64,000 nt of DNA from a virus (Duplodnaviria > Caudoviricetes). A program made the translations under genes and the position numbers. Under the pieces are notes generated by a model. The model ran no database searches, was not told the origin of the DNA, and saw nothing but the letters and a program-made list of their open reading frames with translations. This document shows positions 17,795-26,244 of the stretch, in pieces; position 1 is the stretch's first letter, and the number at the start of each line of letters is the position of its first letter. The stretch is taken from IMG/VR virus record IMGVR_UViG_2884371665_000002, one strand, 5' to 3'.

Positions 17795-18175
17795 ATGAAT
17801 GATGATGTAAAACCTTTCCTCTTTTTAGTTTTTGTAGTGCTGATGGGGCTCGCCCTGGTTGATTGCGCCGGTGGCAAAAAACGCTTTTGCCCTGGCGTTG
17901 TTCGTCAGCACATTTTTAAAGACGCTTACACCTCGCTTTCCTGCACCCACGACAAACAGGGCACGCATTGTCATACAGTGTATCATCCAGCCCAATATCG
18001 ACTCCTGGTCGAGTGCCATAACCCAGATCACGTGGCCGATATCAACGCGGGGAAAACGTATTATACAGTAATCCAGAATGGCGAGTCGATTACCGTCGGC
18101 GAACGCATTGGGCTCTGGACGCATATTATCTGGGGAGATTGGGTTCAGGCCAGAAACGCCCCTAAAGACTACTAA
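17795..18175 (+). CDS. Hypothetical membrane or exported protein
   Basis: N-terminal hydrophobic helix FLFLVFVVLMGLALVDC. Confidence 0.55.
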   Translation: MNDDVKPFLFLVFVVLMGLALVDCAGGKKRFCPGVVRQHIFKDAYTSLSCTHDKQGTHCHTVYHPAQYRLLVECHNPDHVADINAGKTYYTVIQNGESITVGERIGLWTHIIWGDWVQARNAPKDY

Positions 18176-18178
18176 GCC

Positions 18179-18580
18179 ATGCAGGAAGAAACTACCCCAT
18201 CCAGCCGTCGACGGATTTTAATCCTTGGCTGTTGCCCTTCCAACATGGCCAGGTTACTGGCTGAATGCCACGCGCTGAACATTGCCGCCGAAGTAATACC
18301 CAATACGGTTCAGCTGGCGCTCGATCGGCAGGCCATGATGGACAGTCAGGTCAAGCTGGAAATAGCCGCAGAGCAGGTAGCCGAGCGGGCTGCCGAATTT
18401 GCTAAAGAATTCTGGACTCTTCAGGAACAGAGGCCATTTTTCCGATCCATTGCGCTGGATGAGTTTCAAATTGTCGGCTATAACTCATTGGAGCGGGCAA
18501 CTCCCAAAAAATCCCGCCGAACCAAACGCGGCCATATCGCTGCTCGTGACCGGGTAATCTGTAAAGAAGGATATTGCTGA
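18179..18580 (+). CDS. Hypothetical protein
   Basis: ORF in an operon. Confidence 0.5.
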   Translation: MQEETTPSSRRRILILGCCPSNMARLLAECHALNIAAEVIPNTVQLALDRQAMMDSQVKLEIAAEQVAERAAEFAKEFWTLQEQRPFFRSIALDEFQIVGYNSLERATPKKSRRTKRGHIAARDRVICKEGYC

Positions 18581-18594
18581 TCGGCTAATACCCT

Positions 18595-18641
18595 GTCATC
18601 ACGCCTGTAACGCTGTAGCCTCATTGCTAAAGCTAGGTTTG
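18595..18641 (+). promoter_or_regulatory. Late-promoter box 2
   Basis: Exact 18-mer at 18595-18612; taggtttg (perfect TAnnTTTG) at 18634-18641; ATG at 18646. Confidence 0.8.
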
Positions 18642-18645
18642 TTCC

Positions 18646-19119
18646 ATGACGGATCTTACGTTCGACAATGGCAACAACATAGCGGGCAACTCCCTAATCC
18701 GGTTCGTGCCGGTGGTCGGCATCCAGGCGCTGCCCACACCTGCCACCGGTGGCCTGACCACAGCGCCCACCTTTCAGGCCGGTTACCGCTGGTTTACTTG
18801 CTATGGAACAGAAGGTACGAAAAACTACCAGGAACAGCAGAGCATGGATGATAACGGCTCCCTCTGGAGCATAACCGTTTCCCTGTTTCTACCCGGCGAT
18901 GATCAGATACGGCGCAGGGCGCTGGCCGATATGACTCGTCACCGGTTCATCCTGGAAGTGGAAGACAATGCCGGCCTGATGCGCCGGGTTGGTACGATGA
19001 CCGAAACCCTGGAGTTTAACTACACCTTCGGCATTGATGCCCAGATGGGCGGCCGGCGTGGATATACGCTCAGCTTCAAGCAAAGCTTCACCGAAGCCCC
19101 ACCCCTACTCCATTACTAA
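18646..19119 (+). CDS. Tail-tube-fold structural protein, paralog of 22962..23486
   Basis: FLPG...RFILEVEDNAGLMRRVG...GGRRGYTL resembles FYPG...KFLFIVELPDGKMLQIG...GRGRGTEF. Confidence 0.55.
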   Translation: MTDLTFDNGNNIAGNSLIRFVPVVGIQALPTPATGGLTTAPTFQAGYRWFTCYGTEGTKNYQEQQSMDDNGSLWSITVSLFLPGDDQIRRRALADMTRHRFILEVEDNAGLMRRVGTMTETLEFNYTFGIDAQMGGRRGYTLSFKQSFTEAPPLLHY

Positions 19120-19128
19120 ACCACCACC

Positions 19129-19380
19129 ATGAAAACCGCCAACTTTCTCTCCAGTCAACAAACCCAGACGCTCTGCTCCCAAATAAGCCAGAGCCATATT
19201 ACCGATCAGTATGGAGCCGGTCAGGTTCCTTTTTACGAAGATCTGGCCATTCAGCGGGATCTGTATCAATTACTGAATGGTTCCTACCAATGGCGGTTCA
19301 TGGCTGGCCAACTATCGATCGATAGTGAATGGGATGGATTGGTCCCCGATTTATGGAATGATGGGCTAATACTGGCCTAG
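19129..19380 (+). CDS. Hypothetical protein
   Basis: 83-aa ORF. Confidence 0.4.
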   Translation: MKTANFLSSQQTQTLCSQISQSHITDQYGAGQVPFYEDLAIQRDLYQLLNGSYQWRFMAGQLSIDSEWDGLVPDLWNDGLILA

Positions 19381-19430
19381 CGACAATGCAGTTGTAATTT
19401 TTGGTACTTTTTTACGATGGTTAAGTGATC

Positions 19431-19465
19431 AAAAAGCGTGGATGCCCTGCACACACGCTTTTTTT
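19431..19465. terminator. Bidirectional terminator
   Basis: aaaaagcgtg...cacgctttttt. Confidence 0.7.
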
Positions 19466-19694
19466 ATGCCTTGCCCAGCCAGCCATGCTGAATCAGATCA
19501 GCCACAAAATTTTCGGGTGTATCCGTACGTAACTGAAGGCCACCACTCACCTGGTGAAAGACGTCTGCGAATTGAGCCATGTACCCGCTCAGGGTTGGTG
19601 ATTTGAAAAAACGGCTCTGGCGGTGCCAGTTTCGTAAGAGTTCATCGGCCGATCGGGCCGGAAGTGTTCGGACAGATCCGGGGATTTGATACAT
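19464..19694 (-). CDS. Small hypothetical protein (probable ATG start at 19694)
   Basis: C-terminal half of ORF 19464..19844 (SADELL...LRTDTPENFVADLIQHGWL); the longer version overlaps box 3. Confidence 0.5.
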   Translation of the reverse strand: MYQIPGSVRTLPARSADELLRNWHRQSRFFKSPTLSGYMAQFADVFHQVSGGLQLRTDTPENFVADLIQHGWLGKA

Positions 19695-19740
19695 AGGCGA
19701 AGTGAAGTTTACGGATAAAGCCTGCAAAGATACAAAAAGC

Positions 19741-19787
19741 GTCATCACGCCTGTAACGGCTGAGGGGCCCTGATCGGGCCACCTTCG
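19741..19787 (+). promoter_or_regulatory. Late-promoter box 3 (head operon)
   Basis: Exact 18-mer at 19741-19758; caccttcg at 19780-19787; ATG at 19792. Confidence 0.8.
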
Positions 19788-19791
19788 GGCT

Positions 19792-21240
19792 ATGAATCGG
19801 CAATGGCGAACCATTTCTTCTTTGTTACGTACCCTTTGGTGCATCGAGCCAATCTGGGCCGAACAGCATTTACCACTCGTTCAAAGCTTTTTGAGCGGCC
19901 AGTTTCCCATCCAAACCAATGAAGACGACGAAACCCAAACCCAGGATCCAATTGCTGGCAAAACGTTCGCAATTGCTGCTCAGTCAGGCAGTAACTATGC
20001 CGTCCAAAATCGCTACGCGCTTGACGATCCGGAACTGCCCGACAATTCCGTCTACGTGCTGGATATGCGGGGCGTCGTCGTCAAAGAGTCGAACTGCTGC
20101 TCGATCGGTACCGAAGAATACGCCCGGCTCATTCGCCAGGCGTATGCCCACGAAAAAATTATTGGTTGCGTCGGCCTGGTCGACAGTCCCGGTGGCCAGC
20201 TGTCGGGAACACCCACGCTGTACGATGTCATTCGGGATCCGATCAAGCCTTTTGTGGTCGTCGTCAATGAAGGACTCATGGCCTCGGCGGCTTACTGGTA
20301 TTCCTGTGGTGCCGATTATATCTACGCCAGCCAGCAAACCGATCAGATCGGCAGCATCGGTGTGTACATCGAATTTGACGATGCCACCGAGGCCCGTGAA
20401 AAAATGGGCATTAAGCGCCATACGATCTATTCCGATCGCTCCAGCCAGAAAAACAGGCCCTTCCGGGATGCTAAAGAAGGAAAAACCGAACTCATCCGGG
20501 AAGACTTGAACCAGGCTGCGGACCTGTTCCGGGCTGCTGTCGAGCAGGGTCGAGGCAAGCGCCTGAAGGTTGCCAAAAAAGGCGGTCCCGATGTGTTTGA
20601 AGGCGGTCTGTTTTACGCAGGCAAAGCTATTGAACTGGGTCTGATCGATGGCTACGGTAATCTGGAAACAGCCATTGCCAAAGTAGCCGAACTGGCCAGC
20701 AAACCCAAAGGGGAAGCGGTGGAAGAGCTTCCCGATGACCATGACGAAACCGGCGATAACACGCCTGAAGTCGTTGATCTGCCCGACAACGACGATAGTG
20801 ACGAGCCTACTGCCTCTGTCGAACCTACTACCTCTCAATCCAATCTAATCTCTACAACTATGTCCCTGTTTGGTAACCCACACAAGGTGCTTTCGGGCCT
20901 GGCCGGTGTCGAAGGCTCAAAAATTACAAATGAGCAGCTCAACGCGGCCAATGCCGAACTGGATGCTGAAAAAATTACGGGCGTACGCGTCATCAGTACG
21001 ACTTATCTGGAGCAGGCCAAGCAATCCATTGCGGCACTCAACCAGAAAAATGCCGAGGTCGAAACACTAACCAAAGAGCGTGACGATGCCCGCGCTGAAG
21101 CCGCCAAGTTCGGATCGCAGCCTGGTGCCCAGCCGACCAAATCCGAAAAAGTCGAGGAGAAAATCACGACGGTCGAAAAAGACACCTACATCAGCCAGAC
21201 TGATGCCGATCTGGCAGCCATGAAGGCCCAAATGCAGTAA
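19792..21240 (+). CDS. S49 (SppA/ClpP-like) prohead protease with C-terminal scaffold-like coiled coil
   Basis: VDSPGG, LMASAAYW and IGSIGV motifs; acidic linker followed by a coiled coil. Confidence 0.88.
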   Translation: MNRQWRTISSLLRTLWCIEPIWAEQHLPLVQSFLSGQFPIQTNEDDETQTQDPIAGKTFAIAAQSGSNYAVQNRYALDDPELPDNSVYVLDMRGVVVKESNCCSIGTEEYARLIRQAYAHEKIIGCVGLVDSPGGQLSGTPTLYDVIRDPIKPFVVVVNEGLMASAAYWYSCGADYIYASQQTDQIGSIGVYIEFDDATEAREKMGIKRHTIYSDRSSQKNRPFRDAKEGKTELIREDLNQAADLFRAAVEQGRGKRLKVAKKGGPDVFEGGLFYAGKAIELGLIDGYGNLETAIAKVAELASKPKGEAVEELPDDHDETGDNTPEVVDLPDNDDSDEPTASVEPTTSQSNLISTTMSLFGNPHKVLSGLAGVEGSKITNEQLNAANAELDAEKITGVRVISTTYLEQAKQSIAALNQKNAEVETLTKERDDARAEAAKFGSQPGAQPTKSEKVEEKITTVEKDTYISQTDADLAAMKAQMQ

Positions 21241-21314
21241 GCCCTGCCCATGCCCCAGCGGCCGGGTAGGGCCGCACATTTCCCCTTCCGTAACTTATCA
21301 GACAGCTAAATTAA

Positions 21315-22391
21315 GTGGCAACAGTAACGCAAACCGACATCACCGCGATTCAGAATTACGCGGGAACATTCGACAAAAAAATCATTACGCAAATCGTCAA
21401 TGGCCTCGATATCGCCAAAGATCTGACGGTTCGGCGTAACCTGACGGCTCCCGTCACCTTACCAAAATTCTCGGCTGAAGACGGATTCCGGCCGGTGGAT
21501 ACCTCCATCGAAGAACCAGACGGTTCGTCGGGTACATTCGGGGTTCGTAAACTCATCCCACGCACCGGGATGAAGATCCTTAAAATCGTTCCGGAAGATC
21601 TGCGCGGCACCTTCCTCTCGGAAGGTCTGGATCCAAACGCGAAAGAGTATCCAGCTGGTTTTGCGCAGTATTTCTGGGAAGCGCAAATCAAAAAACTTCA
21701 GGCTGAAATCAACAATAACAGCTTCTACGGCGTGGATTCCTTTGATATCACAGCCTTTGATGCGGGAACAGCCTATAACGTTGATCAGAAGGTCCAGTAC
21801 AACAAGAGCTTCTATAAAGTGGTAACGGCCACTTCAGCCGGTCAAACGCCCGATACGCACCCAGCCAAGTTCAAGAAAATCAACAACTCGTCGGTTGCTA
21901 AAGGTCTCGGTACGATCATCGCCGAAGAGTATTCCACTCTTCCTGCCCGCAACAAAATCACAACGGGTGCCCTGGATAACACCAACGGCTTCGATAAGAT
22001 TACTGGTTTTTATACCTCGTTGCCGGAGGAAATTCGCCCGCTGGGTGGTGAGTTTAAAGTGTCGCAGTCTACGTACGACAAGTACATGCTGTCGGCCCTC
22101 AACAAATTCACCAACGGCACCAGCCTGCTTCAGGTACCTGGCAAACCGGGTGCTTCGGTTTACGGATCGGATGGCAAATGGATCATTAAGCCCTGCACGT
22201 GGATGGCAGGATCGGGCCGTATCATCGCGACGCTCGATGGCAACTTGCAAATGGGTACCGATCAGACGAGTGCCTTCAGCTCGATCGGCAACATCGTTCC
22301 ATTCCTGCACGGCTACAAGGCCATCATGAAAATGATCCTGGCTTTCCAGATCGCTGACCTCGAAGTACTCTTCGTTAACGATCAGGCTTAA
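21315..22391 (+). CDS. Major capsid protein with an inserted carbohydrate-binding-like module
   Basis: Directly follows the protease; 358 aa; ends KAIMKMILAFQIADLEVLFVND; insert at 21753-21881. Confidence 0.75.
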   Translation: MATVTQTDITAIQNYAGTFDKKIITQIVNGLDIAKDLTVRRNLTAPVTLPKFSAEDGFRPVDTSIEEPDGSSGTFGVRKLIPRTGMKILKIVPEDLRGTFLSEGLDPNAKEYPAGFAQYFWEAQIKKLQAEINNNSFYGVDSFDITAFDAGTAYNVDQKVQYNKSFYKVVTATSAGQTPDTHPAKFKKINNSSVAKGLGTIIAEEYSTLPARNKITTGALDNTNGFDKITGFYTSLPEEIRPLGGEFKVSQSTYDKYMLSALNKFTNGTSLLQVPGKPGASVYGSDGKWIIKPCTWMAGSGRIIATLDGNLQMGTDQTSAFSSIGNIVPFLHGYKAIMKMILAFQIADLEVLFVNDQA

Positions 22392-22474
22392 TCCTGCCTG
22401 CCCTTACTCGATAACTCCAACCCCCCGGCCGGTAGCTCCACGTGAGTTGCCGGCCCTATAAAATCAAGCCAACC

Positions 22475-22909
22475 ATGGCAGACCAAGCGGAAGACAAAGA
22501 CAAAACAATTCTGGCCTTAACCAAGCAGAACGAAACACTCACCAAAGAGAACGTCCAACTCAAATCGCAGACTGGATCGCTCAGTAAAGAGAATGAACAG
22601 CTGAAAGCGCAGGCTGGAACGCTCTCCAGTGAGAATGAGCAATTGAAAAAAGCTGTGACGCAGAAAGACAAAGATCTGGAGGATGCAGCCAGCGTTGTCG
22701 AGCAGCTCAAGAATCAACTGGCCGAAAAGCGAATCGGCACCGTAGAGCTTCCAACCGTAAAACTTGGGAAAGAAACCTACGAACTGGTGGGTGGCAATTT
22801 CTACTACGGCGGCCGGGAAGTCTCTCTTGAAACGCTACTGGAAGACGCTAAACTCGTCGCTGAACTGGTCAAGGAAAAAGCAGGCAACCTGCGCCTGCTG
22901 AAAGCATAA
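22475..22909 (+). CDS. Coiled-coil phage protein
   Basis: Repeats of the form LSKENEQLKAQAGT. Confidence 0.55.
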   Translation: MADQAEDKDKTILALTKQNETLTKENVQLKSQTGSLSKENEQLKAQAGTLSSENEQLKKAVTQKDKDLEDAASVVEQLKNQLAEKRIGTVELPTVKLGKETYELVGGNFYYGGREVSLETLLEDAKLVAELVKEKAGNLRLLKA

Positions 22910-22961
22910 TCCAGGCCACTGCGAAACTGTATTTAACCGACATTTTCTTCCAAGACAGCTC

Positions 22962-23486
22962 ATGAACTACAACGACCTGACCGGGCCTGACGGCACCGAG
23001 GTGAACATGGGGGGGACCTCCCAGATCGCCTATTTCGCCCGGATTGACGACATTTTAACGTTTGCGACGCCGGCAGCATCCCCCGCCAATCAGTACATCC
23101 TGACCGTAGCCCACGTGATGAAAACGGGCAAGAAGTTTACCAAAGTCTACATCACCCAGGATACGGGTGAAGTTGAATTTGGCTCAAACGGAGAAGCGGA
23201 TGGAAAAAGCTTTAAACCCGTCTTTAAGTTCTTCTACCCAGGACTGACCGACGATGCCCTGCAATTCGTCAACGACTCCAAAAACGATAAGTTTTTGTTT
23301 ATCGTCGAATTGCCGGATGGTAAAATGCTTCAGATCGGCGCCCGCAACTTCTTTGCGACTCTGACGGGTAACTTCAAAACGACGACAACCAGCGGCCGTG
23401 GCCGGGGTACGGAGTTCGAAGTCGTATGCTTTACGCCTTACATCTACCGGTACGCGGCCGCTGTGCCGTTGACACCTGGTGCTTAA
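22962..23486 (+). CDS. Probable major tail (tube) protein
   Basis: NMGG...AYF N-terminus, beta-rich, 174 aa; located after the MCP. Confidence 0.6.
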   Translation: MNYNDLTGPDGTEVNMGGTSQIAYFARIDDILTFATPAASPANQYILTVAHVMKTGKKFTKVYITQDTGEVEFGSNGEADGKSFKPVFKFFYPGLTDDALQFVNDSKNDKFLFIVELPDGKMLQIGARNFFATLTGNFKTTTTSGRGRGTEFEVVCFTPYIYRYAAAVPLTPGA

Positions 23487-23496
23487 TTGAACCCGA

Positions 23497-23718
23497 ATGG
23501 CTAAGCCAACCCAACCCACCGTGCAGGCTCTACAGGCAGAGCCTACACGGTCCTACGACATTGTCGGCCTTCAGATAGCCGACCGGATGCCGATAGCGTT
23601 CGCCGGGCGTGAATACGACCTGGCGAATCTGTCGGCCGAGGAAAGGGATTTTCTCCTCCAGTTTCCGGAGCAGGTTCCTTACCTGAAGAAATTAGATGTG
23701 AGCCAGGCGAGCGTCTAG
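23497..23718 (+). CDS. Hypothetical phage protein
   Basis: 73 aa, followed by a terminator. Confidence 0.5.
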   Translation: MAKPTQPTVQALQAEPTRSYDIVGLQIADRMPIAFAGREYDLANLSAEERDFLLQFPEQVPYLKKLDVSQASV

Positions 23719-23739
23719 TGTGGTGGTAATTGGCAAATG

Positions 23740-23768
23740 AGCCCGGTTTTGCCGGGCTTCTTTGTTTG
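23740..23768 (+). terminator. Intrinsic terminator
   Basis: agcccgg-ttttg-ccgggct followed by tctttgttt. Confidence 0.6.
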
Positions 23769-23808
23769 ATCGAATCACTATCAACCATGATTTATTTTTT
23801 AATCGCCC

Positions 23809-24522
23809 ATGAATAGGCAGGAACTCAGTACACTCGCTTTAGACCTTTGGTCAGACCGGGGATCGCACTCAGAAATTAACCAGCTGGAGCAACTCAGCCA
23901 CTGGCTCGATCGGCCTGTGTATACCGAAGGCGTTGTGCTTTATGAGCAGCTGATCGGAGCCGGTTTCCTGCTGACCATGCTCAAACGTGGCCCGGACGAC
24001 TACAACCGGCAGCGGTTAACCGATGCACTCCAGGCAAAGCGCGATGAACTGGCCAGTACCTTACGGGCCCGCCAGTTGGCCTACCCCGAACCGATTGTTG
24101 CGGCTAAAGCCGACGAGAAATTGCTGCTCGACGAGCGTACCGTTACGAAAGAACGGTTTCGCATGAAGCTCAACAGTGGCTCGACTGGTGACGAGGAGAC
24201 AGAGGAGTGGGCTTTCCGGGTGCTTGACATTCGGGACCAATTGGGAGCTATCTATGGTGAGCGTGATTTCTTCGATCAGCATGGTTATCTGCCCGAAGTG
24301 ACCAGCATCGACCCCGAACAAAACCAGGCCGATCTGCTCAAGCGTCGCAATACCCTGCGCACCTACGTCACCCGCTATAAAAACCGACTGCAACAACCGC
24401 TGATCACCGACGAACAGCAGCAGTCCTGGGTGCAATTGCTCCAGCAATACCAGAGTGAATTGCACCAGGTTGATCAGCAACTAACGGCCCTTACCAACGA
24501 TGGCAACCCTATTCTCGACTGA
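23809..24522 (+). CDS. Helical phage protein
   Basis: C-terminal LLKRRNTLRTYVTR coiled coil; overlaps the PLD gene. Confidence 0.55.
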   Translation: MNRQELSTLALDLWSDRGSHSEINQLEQLSHWLDRPVYTEGVVLYEQLIGAGFLLTMLKRGPDDYNRQRLTDALQAKRDELASTLRARQLAYPEPIVAAKADEKLLLDERTVTKERFRMKLNSGSTGDEETEEWAFRVLDIRDQLGAIYGERDFFDQHGYLPEVTSIDPEQNQADLLKRRNTLRTYVTRYKNRLQQPLITDEQQQSWVQLLQQYQSELHQVDQQLTALTNDGNPILD

Positions 24523-25126
24523 CGATGCCAGCGACTACGCTATTCCCCAACATCGACAGGCCGGCGTCCGTGAAACGACTGAGTCACATCCGCATACACT
24601 CCTTGGTCGAGTATCGGATGCTGTCGCTGATGTCTTCCCACCCATCCAGTCCGGACACAGCTACCACTACGCTACCGCAGGCCTGTGGAGTTCCCATGAC
24701 TTGCTGTTGCACCTGCTCCGACAAACCGGACCAGCCCGGATCTGGATCGCCACCTGGTCAATGACCGAGGATGCCGTTCGGGTGCTGGTCCAGGGACTGG
24801 CCAGTGGGCTGATTGAATCGCTCGATCTGCTGATCGATGCGCGCGTTATTCGGCGCAATGCCAGCGCCTATGCGTTTGTGCAGGCCCATGCCGACAAGGT
24901 GCGTATAACCGCCTGTCATGCGAAAGTATCAGTGCTCATCAATCAGAATTGGCATATCAGCATTGTTGGCTCAGCCAATTATACCAACAATCCCCGCATT
25001 GAAAGCGGAGTCGTCACCGAACGTGAAGACGTTGCCCGATTCCATCAGAACTGGATCGAGGCTGAAATGAAAAAGGCCAAACCCTTTGGCGATGCAACCC
25101 CCAAAAAACGCTCCTCACAACGATGA
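24500..25126 (+). CDS. Phospholipase D-fold (single HKD) nuclease-like protein
   Basis: CHAKV...ISIVGSANYTNNPRIE. Confidence 0.8.
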   Translation: MATLFSTDDASDYAIPQHRQAGVRETTESHPHTLLGRVSDAVADVFPPIQSGHSYHYATAGLWSSHDLLLHLLRQTGPARIWIATWSMTEDAVRVLVQGLASGLIESLDLLIDARVIRRNASAYAFVQAHADKVRITACHAKVSVLINQNWHISIVGSANYTNNPRIESGVVTEREDVARFHQNWIEAEMKKAKPFGDATPKKRSSQR

Positions 25127-25353
25127 AATCCGATCTGATACAAATAACCCTGGATGAACAGGATGAGCCCGTACTGGCCTTCACAGTGACCGCAAACGAA
25201 CGAACACTGGAGCATAAACTACTCGGTGCACTCATCCGCAAAATAAGCCAGCAGGGCATTCAATTACACCTGGTGCGAACGTATCCCGATGCTGAAGAAA
25301 AAGTGCACTGGGACTATCAAATCCGAGCCAAACGAGACGATGAACCTATCTAA
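25123..25353 (+). CDS. Hypothetical protein
   Basis: Overlap-coupled ORF. Confidence 0.45.
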   Translation: MKSDLIQITLDEQDEPVLAFTVTANERTLEHKLLGALIRKISQQGIQLHLVRTYPDAEEKVHWDYQIRAKRDDEPI

Positions 25354-25618
25354 CGATCAATTGGCTGAGCTGGAAAGCCTGGCCAGCTATTTATTCAGTC
25401 CTGACGAAATCGCTATCGTCCTCGATGTCGATACCGATCAGTTGGAAGACGAATTGCTCGACGAAACCAGTACCATCTACAGAGCCTACCAACGCGGCAA
25501 GCTTAAATCAAAGCTTGAACTCCGCAAATCCATTCTCACCCTCGCCAAACAGGGCAGTTCGCCAGCTCAGACGCTGGCCATGCGCATTTTGGATGACCTT
25601 GAAGCCCGAGAATTATGA
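25340..25618 (+). CDS. Small HTH-like DNA-packaging-associated protein (terminase small subunit candidate)
   Basis: EIAIVLDVD...YQRGKLKSKLELRKSI..LAKQGSSPAQ; upstream of terL. Confidence 0.55.
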   Translation: MNLSNDQLAELESLASYLFSPDEIAIVLDVDTDQLEDELLDETSTIYRAYQRGKLKSKLELRKSILTLAKQGSSPAQTLAMRILDDLEAREL

Positions 25619-26244
25619 GTACTGATCTCACCTTAACAACCAATGAATTAACGCGCTTTGATGATAAGTTTGACCTGATCGTCAAGTATTACAGGGATCG
25701 ACGGGCTGATGATGATCCCAAAAAGATCAAACTCGCCAAAGATCTGCAAAAGCAGTTAGGCCACTGGATCACCATTCATGCCCTGCTCTCGACTGGCCGC
25801 TACCCCAAAACCAGCCAGCAGATCAATGCCATTCTAAAGGCCATCCCCAACATTTCACCCCGAACGGCCCGCAATTACCTGGAGGATACCCGGCGCTTTT
25901 TTGCCATTACCGATGAGCCGAATCTGGCCTACGAGCGGGTCATGCTCATTGAGGAGCTACGGGATGACATGCGGATCTGCAAAAAGAAAGGCGACATGCG
26001 ATCGCTGGCTCCGCTTCGCAAACTGTACGCGGAAGTGATTGGTGCTGATAAGCCGATCAACCCGGTTGAAAACCGCACCATTATCAACGTAATCAACTAC
26101 AATCCCGAACAGCTGGGTGGTCAGCAGATTTCGGATGCCGCCCTGGAAAGTATGGTCGAGCGGTTGCTGGGCGAAGACAGGAAAAAACAGGAAGAATTAT
26201 TCTCCGACTACGAAGATGTCTCAAGCCCCCAAAATCCTGCCTGA
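25615..26244 (+). CDS. Terminase small subunit-like / packaging protein
   Basis: Immediately upstream of and overlapping terL. Confidence 0.5.
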   Translation: MSTDLTLTTNELTRFDDKFDLIVKYYRDRRADDDPKKIKLAKDLQKQLGHWITIHALLSTGRYPKTSQQINAILKAIPNISPRTARNYLEDTRRFFAITDEPNLAYERVMLIEELRDDMRICKKKGDMRSLAPLRKLYAEVIGADKPINPVENRTIINVINYNPEQLGGQQISDAALESMVERLLGEDRKKQEELFSDYEDVSSPQNPA

